In this document: piece by piece, positions 41,637 through 52,894 of the stretch | How positions within the stretch are numbered: the stretch's first letter is position 1 | Layout of the letters: each line of letters begins with the position of its first letter | Assembly: GCA_964016885.1 (NCBI GenBank) | Contig: OZ024740.1 | Coordinates: 138,446,001 to 138,510,000, forward strand | DNA length: 64,000 nucleotides | Source of the DNA: Eledone cirrhosa | Lineage: Eukaryota | Direction: 5' to 3' | Notes under the pieces: model-generated | The model's database searches: none | The model's input: only the letters and a program-made list of their open reading frames with translations | Told to the model about the DNA's origin: nothing | Translations under genes and position numbers: made by a program

Positions 41637-41920
41637 GTGGAGGTATGTGGCCTAGTGGTAATGGTATTGGACATACGATCATAATGTCGTGGGTTCGATT
41701 CCTGGACTGGGTTGCGTAATGTGTTCTTGAGAAAATCACTTCATTTTACGTTACTCCACTATACTCAGCTGTAAATGAGTACCAACAATAGCTGGGGGTT
41801 TAACCCTGCAATAGACTGGCGTCCTGTCAACAGGGGAGTCTTATACTCTCAGTCGCTTCACACCACGAAACCGGGATAAGCGGCAGCCTAATGAGCCTTC
41901 TGGTTTAAGAAAGACTACTT
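41637..41920 (+). mobile_element. tRNA-derived SINE (family 1)
   Basis: Pol III A box TGGCCTAGTGG (41,648) and B box GGTTCGATTCC (41,692), then GTGTTCTTGAGAAAATCACTT...CTCAGCTGTAAATGAGTACC body and a short repeated tail (AGACTACTTTT/AGACTATTTTT). No intact cloverleaf. Confidence 0.75.
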
Positions 41921-42134
41921 TTAGACTATTTTTACTTACAAACTTTATTAACGTATCTTGCTTTACCATTCTACATATCTAATAATCTTTTGTTTTATAT
42001 TTATTACCATTTCTTTTTTCCCTACTTGGAACCATCGCACTCGAAAGAAAAGAACACAACCATTATAGAACGTTGTCAATAAAGACTTATGATTTGGGAC
42101 CTAATTCAGAAATATCTAAAAGAGGCAGTCGAAG

Positions 42135-42199
<65 letters not shown>

Positions 42200-42351
42200 C
42201 CCATATATACATATACACACACACACACAGATATATATATATATATATATATATAACTTAAAAGAAGTAACCTAGCATAATTATCCACACTGACTTAATA
42301 ATTAATTAATCTAAGATAAAAGGGTGTATTAAATTGTCAAATGAATAATTG

Positions 42352-42490
42352 AACTTAATTATGAACATAGAAAAGCTTTATGACTGAGGTAAGAAAAGGA
42401 GTGTCTTTAGGTATGTGTATCTGAGTATGTGTAAATAGGTGCGTATAAAATGTAAAGAGTTACAAACATGGTTAGTGATGATAATGATGT

Positions 42491-42526
<36 letters not shown>

Positions 42527-42665
42527 ACATCATTATCATCACTAACCATGTTTGTAACTCTTTACATTTTATACGCACCTATTTACACATACTCAGATAC
42601 ACATACCTAAAGACACTCCTTTTCTTACCTCAGTCATAAAGCTTTTCTATGTTCATAATTAAGTT
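42352..42665. repeat. Perfect 314-bp palindrome centred on (TA)n
   Basis: Arms of ~143 bp are exact reverse complements (identical 66-aa ORFs on both strands; coordinate sum 85,017). (TA)n lies at the centre and immediately to the right. Confidence 0.97.
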
Positions 42666-42668
42666 ATA

Positions 42669-42754
<86 letters not shown>

Positions 42755-42932
42755 TTAGTATATCTACTAATATATGCGTACAGATGTACGCTAATGCTAG
42801 CAAATACATAAGTTATGTCATAGTACCTAGGTGGTTCAATGCAGGATGATGCAGAACAATAATATGAAGGACGTAAAATAAGAAAATAAAAAAAAAAAGA
42901 TTTAAAAAATTAACTTACTTACTAAAATGTTC

Positions 42933-43014
42933 ACTCCAACTAATTAGTTTCTGCAATGGGATAAAGACAGTTACGTAATATAACCGTTGAGAATTCATTG
43001 CGTCTTCAGGGAGT
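42933..43014 (-). ncRNA. Type I hammerhead ribozyme, array copy 1 (core CUGAAGA)
   Basis: ACUCC-CUGAAGA-C-GCAAUG-(37 nt)-CAUUGC-A-GAAA-CUAAUUAG-UU-GGAGU: helix I ACUCC/GGAGU, helix II GCAAUG/CAUUGC, palindromic helix III, GUU cleavage triplet. Confidence 0.8.
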
Positions 43015-43482
43015 CTATTCTCAGCTAAGTCTCCAGGCAATGCACGGACACTGGGGACTCATATAAAAATAATAATAATAATTCGGTAGATGGAACAGCT
43101 AGCGGGGACTGGATTCCATGCACTGAAAAGCTCGCTGTCTCTGGTCAAATGGCAGATTCTAAAGAATCAATCATGTGACACTGAGGTTAGTCGGAAGGAG
43201 TGGGATGGTAAGATGACAGAAGCCTACTACCACACCAATGAATTAGTAGTGGTTTTGGCAGGTTTGCTCAACAAATAAATAATTTTGAGATAAATATAGA
43301 GAATTTAGTATATCTACTAACATGTGCGTACAGATGTACGCTAATGCTAGCAAATACATAAGTTATGTCATAGTACCTAGGTGGTTCAATGCAGGAGGAT
43401 GCAGAACAATAATATGAAGGACGTAAAATAAGAAAATTAAAAAAAAAAGATTTTTTAAATTAACTTACTTACTAAAATTTTC

Positions 43483-43564
43483 ACTCCAACTAATTAGTTT
43501 CTGCAATGGGATAAAGACAGTTACGTAATATAACCGGCGAGAATTCATTGCGTCATCAGGGAGT
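43483..43564 (-). ncRNA. Type I hammerhead ribozyme, array copy 2 (core CUGAUGA)
   Basis: Same fold as copy 1 with canonical CUGAUGA. Confidence 0.8.
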
Positions 43565-44032
43565 CTATTCTCAGCTAAGTCTCCAGGCAATGCGCGGACA
43601 CTGGGGACTCATATAAAAATAATGATAATAATTCGGTAGATGGAACAGCTAGCGGGGACTGGATTCCATGCACTGAAAAGCTCGCTGTCTCTGGTCAAAT
43701 GGCAGATTCTAAAGAATCAATCACGTGACACTGAGGCTAGTCGGAAGGAGTGGGATGGTAAGATGACAGAAGCCTACTACCACACCAATGAATTAGTAGT
43801 GGTTTTGGCAGGTTTGCTCAACAAATAAATAATTTTGAGATAAATATAGAGAATTTAGTATATCTACTAACATATGCGTACAGATGTACGCTAATGCTAG
43901 CAAATACATAAGTTATGTCATAGTACCTAGGTGGTTCAATGCAGGAGGATGCAGAACAATAATATGAAGGACGTAAAATAAGAAAATAAAAAAAAAAAGA
44001 TTTAAAAAATTAACTTACTTACTAAAATGTTC

Positions 44033-44114
44033 ACTCCAACTAATTAGTTTCTGCAATGGGATAAAGACAGTTACGTAATATAACCGTTGAGAATTCATTG
44101 CGTCTTCAGGGAGT
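44033..44114 (-). ncRNA. Type I hammerhead ribozyme, array copy 3 (core CUGAAGA)
   Basis: Same fold as copy 1. Confidence 0.8.
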
Positions 44115-44578
44115 CTATTCTCAGCTAAGTCTCCAGGCAATGCGCGGACACTGGGGACTCATATAAAATAATAATAATTCGGTAGATGGAACAGCTAGCG
44201 GGGACTGGATTCCATGCACTGAAAAGCTCGCTGTCTCTGGTCAAATGGCAGATTCTAAAGAATCAATCATGTGACACTGAGGCTAGTCGGAAGGAGTGGG
44301 ATGGTAAGATGACAGAAGCCTACTACCACACCAATGAATTAGTAGTGGTTTTGGCAGGTTTGCTCAACAAATAAATAATTTTGAGATAAATATAGAGAAT
44401 TTAGTATATCTACTAACATGTGCGTACAGATGTACGCTAATGCTAGCAAATACATAAGTTATGTCATAGTACCTAGGTGGTTCAATGCAGGAGGATGCAG
44501 AACAATAATATGAAGGACGTAAAATAAGAAAATAAAAAAAAAAAGATTTTTTAAATTAACTTACTTACTAAAATTTTC

Positions 44579-44660
44579 ACTCCAACTAATTAGTTTCTGC
44601 AATGGGATAAAGACAGTTACGTAATATAACCGGCGAGAATTCATTGCGTCATCTGGGAGT
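44579..44660 (-). ncRNA. Hammerhead ribozyme, array copy 4, core mutant (CAGAUGA)
   Basis: + strand reads CGTCATCTGG instead of CGTCATCAGG (U4>A in the core); helices intact. Confidence 0.65.
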
Positions 44661-45129
44661 CTATTCTCAGCTAAGTCTCCAGGCAATGCGCGGACACTGG
44701 GGACTCATATAAAAATAATAATAATAATTCGGTAGATGGAACAGCTAGCGGGGACTGGATTCCATGCACTGAAAAGCTCGCTGTCTCTGGTCAAATGGCA
44801 GATTCTAAAGAATCAATCACGTGACACTGAGGCTAGTCGGAAGGAGTGGGATGGTAAGATGACAGAAGCCTACTACCACACCAATGAATTAGTAGTGGTT
44901 TTGGCAGGTTTGCTCAACAAATAAATAATTTGGAGATAAATATAGAGAATTTAGTATATCTACTAACATATGCGTACAGATGTACGCTAATGCTAGCAAA
45001 TACATAAGTTATGTCATAGTACCTAGGTGGTTCAATGCAGGAGGATGCAGAACAATAATATGAAGGGCGTAAAATAAGAAAATTTAAAAAAAAAAAATTT
45101 TTTAAATTAACGTACTTACTAAAATTTTC

Positions 45130-45211
45130 ACTCCAACTAATTAGTTTCTGCAATGGGATAAAGACAGTTACGTAATATAACCGTCGAGAATTCATTGCGT
45201 CATCAGGGAGT
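45130..45211 (-). ncRNA. Type I hammerhead ribozyme, array copy 5 (core CUGAUGA)
   Basis: Same fold, canonical core. Confidence 0.8.
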
Positions 45212-45676
45212 CTATTCTCAGCTAAGTCTCCAGGCAATGCGCGGACACTGGGGACTCATATAAAAATAATAATAATTCGGTAGATGGAACAGCTAGCGGG
45301 GACTGGATTCCATGCACTGAAAAGCTCGCTGTCTCTGGTCAAATGGCAGATTCTAAAGAATCAATCACGTGACACTGAGGCTAGTCGGAAGGAGTGGGAT
45401 GGTAAGATGACAGAAGCCTACTACCACACCAATGAATTGGTAGTGGTTTTGGCAGGTTTGCTCAACAAATAAATAATTTGGAGATAAATATAGAGAATTT
45501 AGTATATCTACTAACATATGCGTACAGATGTACGCTAATGCTAGCAAATACATAAGTTATGTCATAGTACCTAGGTGGTTCAATGCAGGAGGATGCAGAA
45601 CAATAATATGAAGGACGTAAAATAAGAAAATAAAAAAAAAAAGATTTAAAAAATTAACTTACTTACTAAAATTTTC

Positions 45677-45758
45677 ACTCCAACTAATTAGTTTCTGCAA
45701 TGGGATAAAGACAGTTAAGTAATATAACCGTCGAGAATGCATTGCGTCACCAGGGAGT
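45677..45758 (-). ncRNA. Hammerhead ribozyme, array copy 6, core mutant (CUGGUGA)
   Basis: + strand reads CGTCACCAGG (A6>G in the core); helices intact. Confidence 0.65.
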
Positions 45759-46219
45759 CTATTCTCAGCTAAGTCTCCAGGCAATGCGCGGACACTGGGG
45801 ACTCATATAAAAATAATAATAATTCGGTAGATGGAACAGCTAGCGATGACTGGATTCCATGCACTGAAAAGCTCGCTGTCTCTGGTCAAATGGCAGATTC
45901 TAAAGAATCAATCACGTGACACTGAGGCTAGTCGGAAGGAGTGGGATGGTAAGATGACAGAAGCCTACTACCACACCAATGAATTAGTAGTGGATTTGGC
46001 AGGTTTGCTCAACAAATAAATAATTTGGAGATAAATATGGAGAATTTAGTATATCTACTAACATATGCGTACAGATGTACGCTAATGCCAGCAAATACAT
46101 AAGTTATGTCATAGTAGCTAGGTGGTTCAATGCAGGAGGATGCAGAACAATAATATGAAGGACGTAAAATAAGAAAATTTAAAAAAAAAGATTAAAAAAA
46201 TTAACTTACTTACTAAACG

Positions 46220-46695
46220 TGACATAACTTATGTATTTGCTAGCATTATTGTACATCTGTACGCATATGTTAGTAGATATACTAAATTCTCTATATTTAT
46301 CTCAAAATTATTTATTTGTTTAGCAAACCTGCCAAAACCACTACTAATTCATTGGTGTGGTAGTAGGCTTCTGTCATCTCACTCCTTCCGACTAGCCTCA
46401 GTGTCACGTGATTGATTCTTTAGAATCTGCCATTTGACCAGAGACAGCGAGCTTTTCAGTGCATGGAATCCAGTCCCCGCTAGCTGTTCCATCTACCGAA
46501 TTATTATTATTTTATATGAGTCCCCAGTGTCCGCGCATTGCCTGGAGACTTAGCTGAGAATAGACTCCCTGATGACGCAATGAATTCTCGCCGGTTATAT
46601 TACGTAACTGTCTTTATCCCATTGCAGAAACTAATTAGTTGGAGTGAAAATTTTAGTAAGTAAGTTAATTTTTTAAATCTTCTTATTTTACGTCC

Positions 46696-46700
<5 letters not shown>
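46220..46700 (+). mobile_element. Inverted, nearly unit-length copy of the 548-bp repeat
   Basis: TGACATAACTTATG...TTACGTCCTTCATAT is the reverse complement of the unit, with an 8-bp deletion near 46,380 and a shortened T tract. Followed by (TA)n. Confidence 0.93.
46564..46645 (+). ncRNA. Type I hammerhead ribozyme in the inverted copy
   Basis: ACTCC CTGATGA CGCAATG...CATTGCA GAAA CTAATTAG TT GGAGT read directly on +. Predicted cleavage after 46,640. Confidence 0.82.
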
Positions 46701-46764
<64 letters not shown>

Positions 46765-46769
<5 letters not shown>

Positions 46770-46916
46770 GAAATGTAAGCTATCGCCGTATTTTGACTAA
46801 AGAAACTAAAGAAATTATTTAGCATGATAGTCGGGTTAAGAACCCTCGGAGAAATGGAAAAAGATGAGTATTAATTTCTTTAGTCAAAATACGCGATAGC
46901 TTACATTTCTAATAAT
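46765..46916. repeat. Short inverted repeat (~40-bp arms) between (TA)n tracts
   Basis: AGAAATGTAAGCTATCGCCGTATTTTGACTAAAGAAA ... TTTCTTTAGTCAAAATACGCGATAGCTTACATTTCT. Confidence 0.85.
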
Positions 46917-46950
46917 TTCAAACCCACTCGCTGTTTCGAAAATATTCTTA

Positions 46951-47056
<106 letters not shown>

Positions 47057-48864
47057 ATATATCGATAACAAGTTATCGTTTTAGGTAATCCAGTTAGATG
47101 TTGTGAGTACTCTGTACTATGGATAGTTTTAACGTACGGCGTTGTTTGACTTATAACAAAATACTGGTGTGTATGAATATAACAAGGAGACGTTGTTTGT
47201 GTGTATAATATTTAATTAACAATTTGTGGATATATAGAACAGTATAGTTGAAATGTCAATGAATAGATGAAAGAATGAAGCAAAGTTATTAGTTACCGTT
47301 TTGGTTGCCAGGCGAACGCGCCAGGCAGAAGACGCCTGGCCGAAGGCCAGGAGCCGAAAGGGTAAATGAGAGATAGGGAGCTTAAAGTTATTCCCTTTAT
47401 AGGGTCTCACCGGAAGTTACAGAAAGGGTTCTACTTCCTATCTAGAGAGTGTTAAACTATTGGTGATGTGAGTGTCACAACAAGGGAGGCAACTCCTGCT
47501 ACATTATCTCCCGCCAGAATTTTAAAATATAAAAATCGAATGAAATATGTATGTAGTAAGTTGGCGAGAATGTTGTAACAGGCATGAAAATTACGAAAAA
47601 AAAATGTTTGCAAAAATCAATGATAGATATCAAGGTAGCCAACCGCTCTTGGCCAGAGAACGACTGGACATCTATCTATCCATCACCCAAAGATACAATG
47701 TAATCAAAGTAAGAGAAGAGCTCAAAGTTCAAATGTTCAAAATACAGTTCACAGGTATGCAATCACATGACAGTAGGAAAGAAAGTGTGTTCTAGAGAAT
47801 GAATGCAGGTGGTTTCTGTTCTGTGGTATAACGTGAAATTTTCAACCTCCGAATGGATTTTCTCAAAGGAAGAGTGCTGCAAAAATAAATTCTCTGGCGT
47901 GTTCTGCTGGTTTTAGTTGTTGATGAAGCTGTGTTGCTGTTGATGTTGTTGTCTCGCGGAGTGAGCGTATTCGATGTTTAAATTAACAGTAAAAGTGGTT
48001 TCCTTAGTTAGGTAGCGAGTTTGCGAGAATTCCCATGCAGGTCATTCTTGGAGTAATAGTAGTGAAAGAGTGATAATAACGTAGTCGGCTGTACAAAAAG
48101 AGTTTTATTTACATTATTAACAATTGTTTCATTGATCAGGTGAGTCTAAAGGCCGCTAATCCCTCGAAGTTGCGTCACTCGACCTTAAATTCAGTGTGTG
48201 CCTCTGATCAAATCATCGGAACACTGCAGGGTGTAACACATGGCATTGGTATTTATAGATACATCGGAGAATCAAGTGAATGAAACAATAACATCAATAA
48301 TAAAAGATAATAATAAAGAAGTAAAAAGGAAAATGATAAAGATGTAAAATATAAGTAAAAAATAAATACAAAATACGGTTGCTGATAATAGTAATAGTGG
48401 TGGTGGTAGTTGAAGTTATAATGGTGAGTATGTGGGTGTGTGAAATAGTGATGACAGTAAAGATAACAATAACATGAAAAGAAATACGAAATATACTATA
48501 TGTAGTATATATAGTTTATAAATTGGCGAAATAAAACTTCAAGAGGTACAATAAAATAGAGGATTAAAATAAAAAATAAAAAGTAAAAAGTAAGAGAGAA
48601 GGAGATAAGGAACAGGAGACAAAATAAGAATAAGGATTAGAGGATGAGACATAAAGGGAAGGACTAAGGACGGGGAAGCAGTAGATAGATAGGTAGAGAA
48701 TAGAAACTGAAAGGGACAGTGATGATATATGGGTGATTAAGGTCTGGTAGACTGATTGTTTTATTTAAATGGAGGTGATGCGGGTATAGAGAGAGAGTCA
48801 AAGAAAGGTTGGGTGATTCATGATGTAGATTTAATGACCAGTTGGTCAGTTGACAGCTAATAAC

Positions 48865-48899
<35 letters not shown>

Positions 48900-49768
48900 T
48901 GTCCCCCGGGAGTTACGTTCCTAGAGCACCCACGAAGAGTGGAAACCTGCGAATATTGGACCTGGTCCATAAAAATGCATATAAACGTCAAAATATAACG
49001 TAAACTATAGGCCGGTAAATGCAGTAGATTGTTATTAATAGTTTTGCGTTAAAAAGCGTGAAAACATATATATATTGCCACAAAAAAGCCATAAAAAATC
49101 GCGTAAGATATTTATAATTCTGCGAATATGGGTGCGTTTCATCGTGGGACCATCACACGGAAGGTTGTTATGTTTTTGACATAAGAGAGAAGTTATCTTG
49201 ACCCTTCGTTTGGCAGGTTTCTACGGTTAGATGCCCTTTACAGGGGGCCATTTTTCTTGGGCATTTTTCGTGGTATCAGCAACAGAGTTTGTCGGTCAGT
49301 GACACTACTGAATCTTCTCTATTGGTAGGAAGATAGTGATCTATCTCAAGTAAGATATGCTTAGGGGGAGGGAGTAGATGACAAGTATGGTGACAAAGAT
49401 GATTAATAATAGGTGGGTAGGAAGGGAAGATGACTAATATAGTTTCATGTGTATTACAACTGTAGTAAAGATATAAGTGATGTGGGGGAAGAAAGAGGAC
49501 TGAGGTTAACTCTTGAGTAAAATGGAGGTACAGCGATAGTATATATACATACATATTCAGACGCACACAAACACATACACTCACACATATACACACATAC
49601 ATACTCGTGTATTAGTGTCTTTGGGCATATAAACTCGTATATCTGATGAGATGTCGAAAAAGAGTCGGATCCCGTCATCTTTATGGTACCCGGAGCAATC
49701 AATATCGAAACAATTGTAGAATGTCAATAAAGTTTGTACGTATGATGTTACATTAACTCTCTCTCTCA

Positions 49769-49827
<59 letters not shown>

Positions 49828-49985
49828 CTTAGTATACATGGTATACCACACTTGGACTCCAAAATTATATATATATATATATATATCGACAGTCGATCGA
49901 CTTTTGTCAAATCAGACCGAGGAAACAATGTTTCCATTGGTCTTTCCAATTGCTAATACTATCTATTAGTCGCAACTCCAGGTAG

Positions 49986-50100
49986 AAGTAGCAACGTGAA
50001 ATAAAGTGTCTTGCCCAAGGACATAACGCATCGCCCAGTCCGGGAATCGAACTCACTATCTCACGATTGCGAATCCAATTCTCTAACCACTCAGCCACGG
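49986..50100 (-). mobile_element. tRNA-derived SINE 5' portion (family 1)
   Basis: Reverse complement CGTGGCTGAGTGGTTAGAG...GAGTTCGATTCCCGGACTGGGCGATGCGTTATGTCCTTGGGCAAGACACTTTATTTCACGTTG has A and B boxes and is homologous to 41,637-41,760. Confidence 0.75.
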
Positions 50101-50120
50101 GTGTATATATATATATTTTG

Positions 50121-50256
<136 letters not shown>

Positions 50257-50354
50257 GTATGTGTGTGTTGTGTCTCTACAAAGAGAGAAAACTTAATACC
50301 TAGATGCATACAAATACGAGAGGAAAGCTACTCAATAACTAGTATTGTATAATG

Positions 50355-50980
50355 TTTATCAGAAGTTGAAGTCTCACTAATATTACTGCTCACATAACTA
50401 TTTAGCTTTTCGTGAATCATGAAGTTTTCATCCTCTTCTATTCTTATTCTTTTTCTTTTCATCCTTTCATTCTTCTTTATTTGTATTTGTTTTTGTTGTT
50501 TTATCTTTGTCACTCTGTTTACATTTCATTGTCCAACTGTTATGTATACATTCGTACTAATACACATCATAGCGTCACTTTATAAGATTTCCATAAACCA
50601 ACAAGACATCTTATTTTTAAAATTGGCTTAAGAAAATGAACTGTTTAAAAAACGCTCTTTCTTAAGTCAATTTAAAAGAGTCTTGGCGATATAAGTTACT
50701 GAAATCTTATAGATTAATTCAGTGTTATGTGTTACAAGTGTATACATAAACGGTTGGAAAATGAAACGGAAAGGAATAAGACAGAGAAAAATAAATAAAC
50801 AGTAAAATATACTAAAATGGAGGGGAAAAGAAAAAGATAAACGTAAAAGAAAAGAGATAAAAGAATAAGAGTGGATGAAAAATTCCCGAAGAAAGGATTA
50901 TAGAATAGTTTGAATTCATGATAAGCTAAATAAGTTTTTAAGCTAACAGTTTTAACAGTAGAAACTTCTCAACATAAGTG
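50355..50980. repeat. Old, diverged palindrome (fold-back element remnant)
   Basis: Nested mirror matches around ~50,648: AAATTGGCTTAAGAAA/TTTCTTAAGTCAATTT; TATAAGATTTC/GAAATCTTATA; TTTCATTGTCCAACTGTTATGTATACA/TGTATACATAAACGGTTGGAAAATGAAA; TATTTAGCTT/AAGCTAAATA. Confidence 0.7.
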
Positions 50981-51124
50981 AAGTAAATGATATAAAATAT
51001 CATTTCTCTAAGATTTAAAGTTTGGTCAGCTTTCTAATATACGAGGGTGGATTGAAAAGTTCATATGCTGACTGAAGGATTGATAGTAGAGCTGTGAAAT
51101 TATGCATGCATTATTTCAATTGTA

Positions 51125-51310
51125 GGATTGGCAGTATCGGTAGAGGGTCGGACGCCATGCTTTCCAGCATAGTTACGTCCCTTTACAATCTGAGTTCAAA
51201 TCCCGCCGAGGTTGACTTTGCCTTTCATCCTCACGGGGTCGATAAAATAAAGTACCAGTAATGCACTGGGTAATTGCTGGCCTTGTGCCTAAAGTAGAAA
51301 CAATTATTTC
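51125..51310 (+). mobile_element. SINE (family 2)
   Basis: A-box-like TGGCAGTATCGG, B-box-like GAGTTCAAATCC, body GCCGAGGTTGACTTTGCCTTTCATCC...GGGGTCGATAAAATAAAGTACCAG. Near-identical inverse copy at 59,746-59,937. Confidence 0.75.
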
Positions 51311-51808
51311 AATTCTTCTTATTAGTAACTGCATTGTGTCTTTCCAAGGACTATTTTGAGATATAAACCTCATTTGGTCATTCCATAAGAGTATCTTGAT
51401 CCGCCTATGAACTAACCAGTCGACCTTCGTATATTGTGCAAAAGAATATTTGTTATTGTGTCGGCAAAATGCGATTCATTTCAAATTTCTGTTTAGAATA
51501 ATCACAGTATGGAAAGGGATAGCAGGTTTCTCTGAAATGAAAATTGAAAAAATTAGTGACTTATACCATGTAATTTTAGAATACTCATTCAAAACCCACA
51601 TGTACTTCGATATTTCAGTATGTATGTTTCCACACACACACACATATATATGAATGAGTTCCAGTCTGGAACTAGCTGTTGAAACGGCAAGAGCTCAGCC
51701 GTCGGAGGGGGGGGGGGGGAGTGATTCATTCATATAACCCTACTCTACTACGCCTACTGTTGAGTACTCTGGTGAGTAATGGGCTAACCAATTCCTTACT
51801 GAATCTAT

Positions 51809-51842
<34 letters not shown>

Positions 51843-52459
51843 TAATTTTAGTTTTAATCAAGGTAGAGCCGCTACTTCTCCGAATTGAGAGATCACATCT
51901 CCGATACTATGGGCATGTGGTTAGAATGTCTCAGGAAAAAATCGTTGTACAGATTTTACGGACAAAACCAACCAGCCGGAGACCTAGTCGGATCGGTTGG
52001 AGATGGTTGCTTCTAACAGGACTACTGGAAGGAGTATTTGAGGATTCTGCCTCTACGACCCTCTTAGGAATAAGAGTGCGAAGAAGGAAAAGAAAAGATC
52101 TAATCAATACATATCGATTATATATTGTTTAAACTTGTTACACATACACACACACATATATATACATGAAACATTTGTTCTTGGTATGGTGAACTAACTC
52201 TTGTGGAACTACTTCTACCAAACTCGCACCATGGAACTACTTCTACCAAGCTCTACCACTACGGATATTACCTTCCAGTGTTCTACTATTATATATATAT
52301 ATATAAAAGAAAATTCGCTCTACATGGCTGAATACAATAAATGTAATCTGAGTTTTTCGAATATTAATAATAACATTCGATTCGTTTGCAATTATGCAAA
52401 CAAGCCTCAATTTTATAGCCATGTCAGTAGAATGAACACTTCATTCTTGCTCTTGTGTT

Positions 52460-52535
52460 GGCATGTGAACAGAACTGCAGACACTAATGTTTCTGGGTAT
52501 CACCCTTCATCAGTACAGCTCACTGTTCACCTGCC
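52460..52535 (-). ncRNA. Type I hammerhead ribozyme (left arm)
   Basis: Reverse complement of 52,819-52,894. Confidence 0.85.
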
Positions 52536-52818
52536 AAACTGTCAGAGCTAGTGAACATATATGCTATTTTCAAAGATACACAGTGACTGATCGATCGGCC
52601 TGATTTGCATATTAGCAGACTGGCTGACCAGTCAGATCTGCATATTAGCAGATCTGCTGATCAGCCAGATTTGCATATCAGCAGACTGGCCAGTCAGTTT
52701 CCTGTATACGAGCGATAAATGGCTGATCAGTGGATCTGCTAATATGCAAATCAGGCCGATCGATCAGTCACTGTGTATTTTTGAAAATAGCATATATTTT
52801 CACTAGCTCTGACAGTTC

Positions 52819-52894
52819 GGCAGGTGAACAGTGAGCTGTACTGATGAAGGGTGATACCCAGAAACATTAGTGTCTGCAGTTCTGTTCACATGCC
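52819..52894 (+). ncRNA. Type I hammerhead ribozyme (right arm)
   Basis: GGCAGGUGAACAG-UGA-GCUGUA CUGAUGA A-GGGU-GAU-ACCC-A GAAA CA-UUAG-UG UC UGCAGU-U-CUGUUCACAUGCC: extended bulged helix I, helix II GGGU/ACCC, short helix III, GUC cleavage after 52,874. Confidence 0.88.

Larger units (their letters stand above)
42751..46217 (-). mobile_element. Tandem array of ~548-bp units (~6.3 copies), each with a hammerhead ribozyme; retrozyme-like or non-autonomous Penelope-like element
   Basis: Unit spacing 550/546/550/548/547 (ORF starts 43,090...45,831). Starts directly after (TA)n. Each unit carries CTGANGA...GAAAC on the minus strand. Strand assigned from ribozyme sense. Confidence 0.85.

Noticed and set aside
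41645-41712. tRNA gene
   Set aside because: A/B boxes are present but there is no convincing acceptor stem or terminator, and the sequence continues into a SINE body shared with 49,986-50,100.
43090-46019. Six copies of a 62-aa ORF (MEQLAGTGFHALK...)
   Set aside because: Identity simply reflects recent duplication. Differences include several amino-acid changes, the inverted copy has an 8-bp frameshifting deletion, no motif is recognisable, and it is antisense to the ribozyme. Not supportable without expression data.
49636-49675. Minimal hammerhead-like CTGATGA-GATGTC-GAAA-AAGAG-TC
   Set aside because: Helices I and III do not pair convincingly; chance match or too decayed to call.
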